DNA of 63,777 nucleotides, counting the filler, from Psammoneis japonica (Eukaryota): NCBI GenBank assembly GCA_008632985.1. It is 8 parts of 8 records of this genome, joined end to end, with 100 filler letters (N's around TTAATTAATTAA, not from the genome) between each part and the next. Parts side by side here need not be neighbours in the genome. Positions count along the whole stretch, not along the records: positions 50,888 to 57,736 come from QPGO01000550.1; positions 57,837 to 63,777 come from QPGO01000559.1; 6 more parts are not named here. The stretch is one strand, 5' to 3'. Shown here piece by piece: positions 50,889 to 61,643 of the stretch. Made by a program: the position numbers and the translations under genes. Under the pieces are notes generated by a model. That model had not been told where the DNA came from. It saw only the letters and a list, made by a program, of their open reading frames with translations, and did no database searches. The stretch's first letter is position 1. Every line of letters starts with the position of its first letter.

Positions 50889-51842
50889 AATTCACCAAAC
50901 CCAGACGGCCCAACTATTGCTGACATTAGTCTCTATGTCTACGAGATTGCAGATCTAGATCCGGGGGAGAATACGTTTTTCATGGAGGGATTTCTCGACC
51001 TTGTTTGGTGTGACCCTCGCCTGACTTTCAACGAGACGGCCGAGAATGTAACGACCAAGTACTTTCTGGAAAAGGACGCTGAAAAGGAGCTCGAATTCAT
51101 TTGGTTTCCGGACTTGTTCTTTGTAAATGAAATCCTTCCTCGGCGGATTGAAAATGAGGAAGTCGTGGTTACTTCCGACGGAACGGTTGAGTATCGAGAA
51201 AAATTTGGGGTCAAGTTGATGACAAACTACGAAATGAAGCGATTCCCATTTGACTCTCAAGTACTGTTGGCAGAAATTGAATCCTTCGCTTGGTCGAGTG
51301 CTATTCTTGAGTTATCGGTAGAGCAAGAAATGGTGGGCTTCTCCGACGAGTTTGAAGTGCCCGAGTTTGACCTGACAGGATTAAAAGAAATGGTGGTGGA
51401 AAGAATGGAGTTACGTGACCGCCATCCCTTTTCCGAACTGGTGGTGGAGATCTATGTCAAGCGCGATCCGGCGTATTACGTGACAAAGGTCATTATTCCA
51501 TTGACACTGATTGTCTGTATCTCATTTGCAGTCTTTTGGATGGACCCGTCCAACTTGGCAGATCGAATGAGCATCTCCTTCACGGGTGTCTTGACCTCAG
51601 TGGCATATCAGTTTATCGTTTCGGAAAGCCTACCACGACACATTTACAATACCTTCTTGGACAATTTCGTTTTATTTTCCTTTGCCCTAATGGTGTTTAC
51701 AATTGTTGAAAATGTCGCCGTGAATGCACTCTATACGAGAAACAAGGTGAACGAAAGCAACAAGGTTGACTTTTATTGTCGCATCATATTTCCAACCGTT
51801 TTTGCAGTGGGCGTGGGCATCATTGCGGCTGTGCATCTCTAG
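50889..51842 (+). CDS. Cys-less (Pro-loop) pentameric ligand-gated ion channel subunit, 5' truncated
   Basis: IWFPDLFFVN (loop A), YEMKRFPFDSQ (Cys-loop equivalent without Cys), pre-M1 KRDP.YY, four TM helices, very short M3-M4 loop. The frame is open from the contig start. Confidence 0.92.
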   Translation, partial: NSPNPDGPTIADISLYVYEIADLDPGENTFFMEGFLDLVWCDPRLTFNETAENVTTKYFLEKDAEKELEFIWFPDLFFVNEILPRRIENEEVVVTSDGTVEYREKFGVKLMTNYEMKRFPFDSQVLLAEIESFAWSSAILELSVEQEMVGFSDEFEVPEFDLTGLKEMVVERMELRDRHPFSELVVEIYVKRDPAYYVTKVIIPLTLIVCISFAVFWMDPSNLADRMSISFTGVLTSVAYQFIVSESLPRHIYNTFLDNFVLFSFALMVFTIVENVAVNALYTRNKVNESNKVDFYCRIIFPTVFAVGVGIIAAVHL

Positions 51843-52213
51843 AGGCAATCGCAGACTAACTAGCTCTGCCAGTTGCAGGTAGATAGCCGCCACGATTGGT
51901 TGCTTCCATTCCCTGGTAGCTGACGACGATCAAGACGTGCAGAGTACTTACTTTGTGAATGAATCTATGCTTGCTCAAACGGTTATTGCATTCATCTCCA
52001 CCCTTCGCGTGCGCCTTCCGAATAATAGTATTTTCTTGAAATCAACACCAGTAACGACAATGCGGCAACGAAAGGGAGAAGAATCCTTTTTGGTTAACTT
52101 CATAGACTACCGTTTTTAATAAAGCAAGCTGCAGAGTATAGATCTAAGTTGCACAAGATGTTCTCGCGTGAAAACATAAATACAAACATGCTTTTGCGTT
52201 CGCATCATTTCTT

Positions 52214-55200
52214 TTAACTTTCACACGCTTCCTCTGTTTGCTCTTGTGGTGGTGGTTGAAACGACGGGTTCTTGACCCACAATCCATCGACAAGCATCCA
52301 TTTAAAGGCCGTCACCGGTTTGCCTCGTCTCTTCCACGAATTGCTGGGATAATTGTGAATACTCGCTCGGACTTGAGATTCATACGCTTCAATCAAATGA
52401 GACGCATTCTTAAAGCTGCGTCCATCCAAAGCACCCCGATGGGGTGCGCGTCGACTAGCGGATGTTTCTTCTTCCTTGTGTTCCTTTTCTGTAATAAAGG
52501 CTTGTCCCAATTGACGCATTTCATAACGATAGGCATCACGAATGGGAAGGTAGGCGACTCGTGAAAGGTACATGCGAAAAATGGAATTAATCTTGGTAGC
52601 CGCCGTGGACTGCTCTGTGCTGCGTATCCGTTCCAACGCTTCAAAAGCCTTGTGACGTAAAAACACCTTGGTCTTGCCCAACTGTATACCCACCTTGGCC
52701 AAGTCACTAGCGCTGGGAGCAAAGCCACGACGAAAGGACGATGAACCACGAAAGGTGGGTGTTGGAGCTGGTGGCGGTGGGGCTGCTGCGCTTGCCGCCG
52801 TCGATGTATCGGGGCTCTTGGCCCATGGAGGATAATTCTTGAGCTTGGACGGAGCCGTTTTGGGTGCGGGTGGCAAACCAGCACTACCACCATGTGACGA
52901 TGATCCATTGGATGCTGACCGCGCCTTCCACGACGGCGGTGGAGTGGCCGTTTGGTACGAATACGATTTTGCCTTGACGGGAGCTTGGGAATTAGTCGTA
53001 CTAGCATTGCCGCCGTCACTTGCTCCTTCTGGGACATTTTCTTTTCCCTCCTCCTTTTCTAGCTGCAAGAGTTTCTTGTAAATAACCTTTAGCAACTCCT
53101 TGCACTGTTGTTTGGCATTCGGAGCCGGTGGCGCTTCGGGTGACGACGACGACGATGCTGCGGCTGCCGGTGAGCTACCAAACGACGCGCTGCGAGGGGT
53201 TCCAGGTGTACCCCATCGCTTTCCGGTATACGTACTCTTGGCTGGACTGGGACTTGCGACGGCTCCTCCTCCCTTGTTAGCCCAACTCGGCAAATTGCTA
53301 TTGCCATTATTCAAATTGTTGTTGTTGTTTAGTTTCATTTCTTTCAATGCCAATCCACGGTATCGACGATAAAAGTCCGCGTGTGGATAATGTTGTGTAA
53401 AACCCGCTCGACTGACACGAACCGCTTCCAAAATACCACCACAACGCAACTGTTCGGCAATCACCACGGCATCAAAGCGATCCGGTACCAAGTGATCGTT
53501 TGGTTTGAGACAACGGATATAATGCGGTGACGTCAAATCGATTTTGGTTCGTAAATTCTTGAGCTGCCGACGAAATTGACCACCCACCGTCATGGTTTTG
53601 GCCAAGGCGGATGAATCGGTGCGCTTGAGCTTGTACGGCATAGTACTAGCGGAATGATGATGACTGCTATTGTTGTTGTTGTCCATGCTATTCTTGTCAT
53701 TGCCCTCAACAAGAATTTCCGCCAAATGCTGAACAAAGGGATTGCCACTCGCCTTGAGCAATTCGGTCGATTCCTTGGGCAACTCATCACGGTTCTTTTC
53801 AATAAACCCATCCGCCGTGTATTCGACGGGACCGGCATAATGATCAATCTCAAACCGTTGCACCGCTTGTTGTTTACGACTCGCTTGGAACCGCGGCTGT
53901 CCACGACACTTGTTGTAAATGTCGGACGCAAACGATCGGTCCGTCGTTCCCGGAGCACGGCATTGATCGTCCAAAATGTTCAAAATACCCATGCCACGCT
54001 TGTCAATCAAATCCAGCACGTCTTGATTTTCCGGAAAGGCAATAAAGGACCATTCAATGCCCTCGCGTTCGTATTCGGCCTGTTCGTTTTTCAAAACAAA
54101 GGCATTGAATTGTTGCTGCAGCGCTTCGTTGCAATAATTAATGCACAATTGTTCAAAGGAATTCGTTGTAAAGGACTCGAAACCAAAAATATCCAAGACC
54201 CCAATCGTCGCCGCAGGCCTGGACCACGTGTCATCCTCAATCACATCACCGTCGTCATTGACATGAGGTTTGTACGCAATGGAATCATTAATGCGTCTCA
54301 CCAAATACGTAAAGAGCGATCCATACGTGGCTTTAATCAATGCCTCCAATCCCTTGTACGCTTTGGGTTGTGACACGTGACGTCGTACCGATTCCATCCC
54401 ACCCGCTTGAATATGAAAATAACAAAGGGCTTCATTCAAATCGTGTGGTGTCACACCCAACAAGTGACAGACGGGTTGCAAATGAACATTGTCAAAATCC
54501 AATTCACACTCTTCTTCTTCTATAGCATCAAAGGTCAAATTGGAACTGTGCAAGAGTGCCGCAACAATACGGAAAATTTCCGTCTGTTCAATGGCATCGA
54601 ATTTCATCATTTCCATGGCCACCCGCAATGCCTTGTAGGTTTCTCCATCCTTGACACCATCTCGACGATCCAACGTTCCCGAATGTGTCATTTGAAAATC
54701 ATCCGGTGTGGCCGTTTTGGCAATAAACAAATTCCGTAATTCCTTTTCCGACATGCCCTCGAGTATTTCAAAAAACACGTGATAATTCCGTTCTCCACTC
54801 GATTGTGTCACGAGACGGACCTTTTCTAGCAGATAGGTTTCAATGGTGGCACCCACCAATTTACCCGAACGGGTAAATTGAATCTCGATGAATTTACCAA
54901 ATCGACTCGAATTGTCATTGCGAACCGTACGGGCATTACCAAAGGATTCCAAAATGGGATTCGATTGCAACACTTGGGCTTCAATGGAATTTTTGTTGTT
55001 ATTCGACGAAAGGGATGTCGTCGAGAGACCCAAATCCATACTGTCCATGCGAGAAACAGGAGAAGAAGTATTGTTATTGTTGTTGGTTGCCCAAGATGGC
55101 TGGTTTGTTGGAGACTTGGGACTCGTAGCTGCTGCTTGTTGCAATTCACGAGACTTTTCAAAAGCACGTTTGGGTGTCGTCTTGATGGATCGTTGCGATA

Positions 55201-55998
55201 GTGCTGCCAAATACTTCATGACAAATTTCGTCGTGACCGTCTTGCCCGCACCACTTTCACCCGACACCAAAATGGATTGATTGCAACAACACTCTTCGGT
55301 AGAAGAAGAATCAATCGTTTCATCCATGCGTCTCATCATGCTTCGAAAGGAAGCATCGGCAATGGCATAAACGTGGGGTGGTAACGTATTATTGGTACGC
55401 TTCTTCTTTTGCAAACTACTACTACTCGCATCCCAATATCGTTTCATGGTGGCTTCTCCATAAAGACCACGAACATGTTTGAATGGATTCAACGCCAACA
55501 GCACGGGCCCCGTTGCCGTATAGATTGTATCGTGAGTGTACCAATGTTCCAAACAATGCACGACGGCGGGTTCATGCAAATGAGTCAATTGAATCAAATC
55601 ACGGGGATATTGCAGTGAACCCGTCTCTGGATGACGGGGAAGTTCGTTATCCAACAAGACTTGACCCGTTTGCAACACACTTGCCGGCAATACCAACGTA
55701 TCGTCACCACATCATCATCAAGTTTCACCACGACACCACCGTCTTGATGACAACTATCCAACATACTTCCCAACATCCAACCCCATTGTTGATTACGACC
55801 ATGTTGTTGTTGTTGAGAAGTGGAACTGCTGCTCTTGGCAGAAATGCTACCCGCATCACTCTCGGCATCTAAACTCTTGCTATTCACTAATGCAACAGCA
55901 CCACGTCCGAAACGAGGTATTTTAGGGTTACGAATTGCATCAATTACACTTGCCTTGATCCAAACGCGTGTAGTTGCTTCGGATGATGATAATGACAT
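52214..55998 (-). CDS. Myosin (motor domain, about one IQ motif, short tail), with one 1-nt frameshift near 55705
   Basis: LHEPAV, LNPFK, PPHVYA, GESGAGKT, LESFGNARTVRNDNSSRFGKF, LDIFGFE, RCLKPN, QLRCGG, GKTKVFLR. The N-terminal frame from the ATG at 55998 joins on adding one G. Confidence 0.95.
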
Positions 55999-56424
55999 TG
56001 TTGTAATTGTAATTGTAGCGGCAGTTTGTTTTTGTTGTACGTACTGTAGAGCATGGCGGTGGTGGTGTTGCAGGCAGAAAATCTTTTGCTTCGTCTCCGC
56101 CCGGCTAACTTGCGCGCGTTGAATGTTTAAATTCCAATGATTGGTCCTCATATCCATAATAAATTATTAGTCGTGTCTTGCGATCAACGTACTGTACGGT
56201 AAGTGGATTTGCATAGATGCAATGTCAGTCCCGAACCTACCGTTGGTCATTTTATTCAATGATACAGATAATAAACTTGATACTAATATAGTCATGTGGG
56301 ATAGAAAATTGAAAAACTGAATATCCATGAATATGTTGATAAATAGACTTCCAATGAGAAGCTGACTTGTTCGACCCAATTCGATCTCCCCGTTGAGTTT
56401 AAACATGCTGTGCAGCACGGCAGG

Positions 56425-56548
56425 AATGAAATTCTCATGTGCATCCGCATCTCTGTCGAATGCGCACCGGTGCAACCTGCCGTTGCCCAACTTTTCCAAC
56501 ATTTCCCTGGAATGCCCGCCGCCTCCGAATGTTGCATCTGCACACTGT
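56425..56548 (-). pseudogene. rsmH: About 40-codon fragment of a bacterial-type 16S rRNA m4C methyltransferase RsmH (MraW)
   Basis: CADATFGGGGHSREMLEKLGNGRLH..AFDRDADA matches the RsmH N-terminal motif YVDxTFGxGGHS..IL......L.AFDxDxxA. Confidence 0.7.
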
Positions 56549-58894
56549 GGACACCACAGGGCTTCATGGCCAGGTGGCCCACGTGGGGACGGACCTGGCC
56601 GGCACGTGAGGGAGCATCTCTGCACCAACTCTCTCCAGCTGGAGGGCCCTCTGCTGGTGTCCAGTCCACCAAGGACCTCAATTGAGGCAAAAACCTCAAT
56701 TGAGGATGGTGCAAATTGTGTGGAATTTGACAGACCGAACGGCGATGCCGGCCAGAATTTTTTTAAGGACTGAAAAACATTTTTGCGAGGGCAGGCATTT
56801 ACATCGCTGAAATCAACACACTCTGAGACACAAACTCCACATGTGTTGTGTCTTGCGACTGCAGAGTTTTTGTGCTCGAATCACTGGGAGTTAAGCGACC
56901 ATTTGGCATCTCTGGCAGGACACCCACGTAGAACATGCGATCCTCAATTGAGGAAAAATTCCCCGGCAGACTAGACACCAGCCAGCCAAGTGGCAGGAAG
57001 GGGACACGGAAAGTCGGGGAACCCAAAAAGATGGTGGAATTCTGTCAAATGTGTGTGCTTTTTCTCACTCAAATTTCAACTGTGTGACAAAAACCTTCTG
57101 AACACACGTGCTTTTAACGCAGATTTAAAAGCTGCGTCTGAGTGCGAAAAAGCAGCATCACCAAGATTTTGTGGGCATGTTGCAGCATTTTGCTGTCATG
57201 AACCCGATGACAACACTGCACTGCTCCCACAGAATGCCTGGATGGCTTCAGCCAAGCTGTTTGAATGGCTTGAAATCGTCTGTTCCATCGCAAACAATCA
57301 TTGTCGATCGTCGCTTGGTGCAGATTTTTGATTTTTGTCATGGCAGAAGATGGGGCTTGGCACAAAAAATTGAGCATGACATCACAAGCACAAGTTCTGC
57401 ACCATGCTGCACGACAATTTTCCACCGTCTTTGCGGGATTGTGTGAAAATGGTGCTTTCGCTGCAAGCACAACTCCATTGCGAACCTGAGCTGGAGAAAA
57501 GCACAAACACAGTCTGTTGCCACCGGATGCACAGATGAGCTTTTTGACGTGTTCCAGCCGCACGTGAACCAAATCGTGCACAAAAATGACATTTGCGCGA
57601 TTTTTGCGCAGTCCCCAACTTGCAATCGAACTTTCACCACCAAAAGCACAGATTTGTGCAAATGCAAATGTTTTGCAACACTGGCAAGACTCGTGTGAGT
57701 GTTGCAACATCATTGTTGTTGTGCTGTCTGTGTTTTNNNNNNNNNNNNNNNNNNNNNNNNNNNNNNNNNNNNNNNNNNNNTTAATTAATTAANNNNNNNN
57801 NNNNNNNNNNNNNNNNNNNNNNNNNNNNNNNNNNNNTTAAACACTAACGTTTATACACTGCCCTTTCATAAGTATCAATACTCACAAAGACAAATCATAT
57901 GCTGTCTTGATAGGATGGTACACCCATAGCGTAAAATCAACGTTGAATGGACATAACAATATTTTGGTTGTGTGCACAGCGCGCCCTCGACAAAGTGTGT
58001 CTTTCACCGTCTCACAAAAACGTGGGAGTAGCGATTGGAAGAAAAACGGGTTTGCTGCAGTCCTCCTTACCGTCCTCATCATTGCATAAGCGTGTTGATC
58101 AAAGTCTACAATATTTCTCGCCTATTCCAGTCACTGTCTTTCCTCGTTCACAACACAATAACATTGAGGAGGCTTGTTGCTTGTTATTTCGCCCACCAAC
58201 TCTTCGCAGTATCCGCCTTTTCACCTTTCGGTAAGTGTGTATTGTAAAACAGCAGAGGAGTTCTACAACAGTACCGTACGTCGGATCTCTCCTAACCTTT
58301 CTTGTTGACGATTCTGGCAGAATTCTACATATAAAATAGCTAGAGACAAGAAGAATGGAGGCGTTCGATTCCTTACGATCTATGATCACGTTTGAGGAAA
58401 GCAGCACCAAGGAGCAAGAACATAGCCCACCCGAAGCTCCAACAGACCCAATGAAGGAAGAGGACTCGTCGTCTGAGAACGACACTCCAGAAAATTCACC
58501 ACGAGGGGAAAAGAAATACCTGTCTATCTCGCCCATAGTAAACCCATTCCTCCGAATCAAGACAGGATCACTGGGCAACTTGTATTACTCCAAATCCAAG
58601 ACAGTTTAAAACCTCTAGAATAACAACATTTTTGCTTTCATGATTAATGCAATGGAATCCGGTTTCACGAGAAGAGATTAGAATAAATACCGTGGTTTTT
58701 CTGCTCCCTTTTGTCCGACTGGGGTGCTTGCTTCCGACGCACGTTTTAAGATAACGACAAACAACACGGTGACTGACCTCAGGGGCGTTTTGCAGCCAGA
58801 ATATGAGCTGTTCAATGAAAATCGGCTCAACCACTTTCTCGCCAGTGGAGAGCATACTTAATTGTGTGTACAACGTCTCTCTAGACAGCAAGAA

Positions 58895-59340
58895 ACGGCT
58901 GATAGCCGACAAGAAGTCAGAGTAGGCGCGACACCACTAGCTAGAAGTAGCTACGCTAGTAGAGAGGGAGCGAGAGCTTGGTTTGAAGATGGGCTCTGAA
59001 TACAACGGCATGCCGGCTCAGATCCCATGCCTCGCCAGCCAGAGAGTATGTAGTTCATTGTGTGAACGACATCTCTCTAGGCAGCAAGAAATGTCTGATA
59101 GCCGACAAGAAGTCAGAATGAATGGGCGCGACGCTACTACTACCGTAGAATAGAGCTCTACTCTATACTAGCTCTCTCTAGCTAGAGAGTAGAGTAGCTA
59201 GTAGAGTAAAACTCTAGCTAGAGGGATAGTCGCTCTAGCTAGAGAGTAGAGTAGCTAGAGTAGAGTAGAACTCTCTACTCTCTCTAGAGAGAGAGCCTCT
59301 ACTACCTAGCTAGTAGTAGTAGTAGCTACTCATAGTTAGT
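58895..59340. repeat. TAG/CTAG/GTAG-rich low-complexity tract with an internal duplication
   Basis: ctagctagagagtagagtagctag is repeated. gatagccgacaagaagtcaga occurs at 58901 and 59097. Confidence 0.85.
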
Positions 59341-59588
59341 CGTGATGGAGTAACGTGGTCTCGGGCCGCGCAGTCTCTAAAGCTCATAACCTACAATATC
59401 AGTTTAGCATTGATGATCATTCATCTACCTATCGGCACTCGCACCTCGCACATTGTCGATTGTCGACCGCTTTTCTTCTGCCAGGTAGGGCCTAGTAGCC
59501 GTTGGCTGGTTGTCTGATTGTCTTATCGTCGGTCGGCTTAGCAACAAAGAGGGGGAGAACTAGTCCCAAATACTAGGGCCCTACTATA

Positions 59589-61537
59589 ATGTATGTCCGG
59601 CTGCTCGCGTTGCTGAATCTAATCATGCTTTGCGTCACATCCAGAGCATGGACCGCAACAACCACGAGACTGATGACAAGTTTCGGCAGATGGCGAAGCA
59701 GGGGTCGAAATGAATTATGTTACCGGCGACCAATGACATTGACCTCCACGGTTACAAAATCGACAGACTCTGCTGGCGAGGAAACTACCAAGAAAGTCCC
59801 AAAAAAGTTTGTGCCGTACCCATTTCAGGTATGAAGAGGGTGTTTTATTCCGTGATGCTCTAAGATTTCTGATTCGAATCTCACTCTTTTTTTCTATTAC
59901 TGACTATCGTTCCCCAAAGTATCACGAAGAAAAGACTGTACGAGTCTCGACACTCACAAACTTGGGATTAGGCATTTGTCGTGTGCCAATCAGTCGTCAG
60001 CCACAAGACGACGATCCCGATGCATCCGACGTCAACGGAGAGGCAACGACGCAAGACTGGGTGATTATGGTTCCAAACGTTATACCGGGTGAATTAGTCC
60101 GAGTACGTGTGTATCGAAATTACCGGTCTTATTCCGATGCAGATGTCGTGGAGATTTTGGAGCCTAGTTCTGACCGGGTCGAACCTCAATGTCCGCTGAG
60201 TGAGGAATGTGGAGGCTGCCAATACCAACATGTGAGTAAAACGAAAAAGGGGATATGAATGGAGTCTGCGATTTTGTTTCAGAGGATGCTTATCTCAATT
60301 ATACATATGTTAGAACGGTACACACCGTGGCCGAGAAACCAAACGAGCTGATGGAGACAAAAACGCCCACAATTACTTTTTGTTACACGTGTCATGGACT
60401 ATCGTGCTGTTCCCTGGGTCAGATTTTGTTTCATGTGCTACGCACTCACTCTCTCGCTTGTCTATTGTTTAAAAGATGGACATTGGGCTACAAAGACAGT
60501 ACAAGGCGCAACATGTCAAGGAGGTTATGGAGCGAATCGGTCATATCGAGAACCCCGACGTATCGCCAACCGTGGGCACGGACGAAGTTTTTCATTATCG
60601 TAGCAAAATCACGCCACACTATGACCGACCGCAAAAAGTGAAGAATGAAGAAAATTCTTACGAAATTGGGCCGATTGGCTTTAAGCGAAAAACTAGCCGC
60701 AGGTTGGTAGATGTACCTTACTGCAACATCGCCACAGAGGCGATTAATGAGCGATTGCATGAACTACGGCACGAGAAACGGATAGAAGCATTGGAAGGAC
60801 GACTGAGACGTCCAAAGCGCGGAGCAACACTCTTGATACGAGATGTTCATAACGAAACGGATGATTCTGTCGTGACGGATCCTACTGCATTTGTCACCAC
60901 TCAAGTCAGAGATCTGACCTTTGGATTCTTGGCCGGAAACTTTTTTCAAAACAATCCCTTTATGCTTCCCGTCATGGTGGACTATGTTGTATCAGAGGCA
61001 TCCAAGCCGGTGACAACTACAGAAGAAACTCCCCCTCGAAAAATGACACGCTTGATTGATTGCTATTGTGGATCAGGACTCTTTTGCCTGTCATCTGCTT
61101 CACAATTCGACACATGCGTCGGTATCGAAGTAAATGACAAGGCGGTAGCGGAAGCGAAAGCCAATGCGGACCTGAACAACATTACAAACTGTGATTTTGT
61201 GGCAGCCAGCGCTGAAGCCATCTTTGAAAGCAACCTTCCGATCGAAGACGTGAACAACGAGAAGCTTTTCATCCGCGACTTTCCAAGAGAATCTACAGTT
61301 GTTGTGGTAGACCCACCGAGGAAAGGCTGTTCTGAAGAGTTTTTGCAACAGCTCTATGCCTACAAACCTCAGAGGGTAGTTTATATGAGCTGTGATCCAG
61401 CCACACAAGCCCGAGATGCCAATGGTTTGTTACAGAATGGATACGAGATATCAAGCATTCAGCCATTTGATCTCTTTCCACAGACAAGACACATTGAATG
61501 CCTGGCTGTCTTTGAAAGGCGGCCAGTCCAAGGTTGA
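59589..61537 (+). CDS. TrmA/RlmD-family RNA (uracil-5)-methyltransferase with TRAM domain (exons 59589-59828, 59920-60231, 60476-61537)
   Basis: C.....CGGCQYQH Fe-S motif, YRSK, FFQNN, DCYCGSG, VDPPRKG, YMSCDP.TQARD, DLFPQTRHIE. Two in-frame GT-AG introns. Confidence 0.95.
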
Positions 61538-61643
61538 TAATCGGTACAACAAAACCCGCTCTTTTTTAATCTGTGAGTTCTAATTTTACGCCATTATATT
61601 GCCATGGTAGTGTGGCTAATCCTCATGCCGGTGACAACAAATC

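Noticed and set aside
58355..58609. Small acidic ORF, and the ORF at 63446-63643
   Set aside because: They are short with no recognisable domain, so support is insufficient.
13362..61537. Two TrmA-family methyltransferases as a cluster or as the mutator enzyme
   Set aside because: They are on different contigs and are ordinary RNA m5U enzymes. Nothing links them to DNA A->G change.
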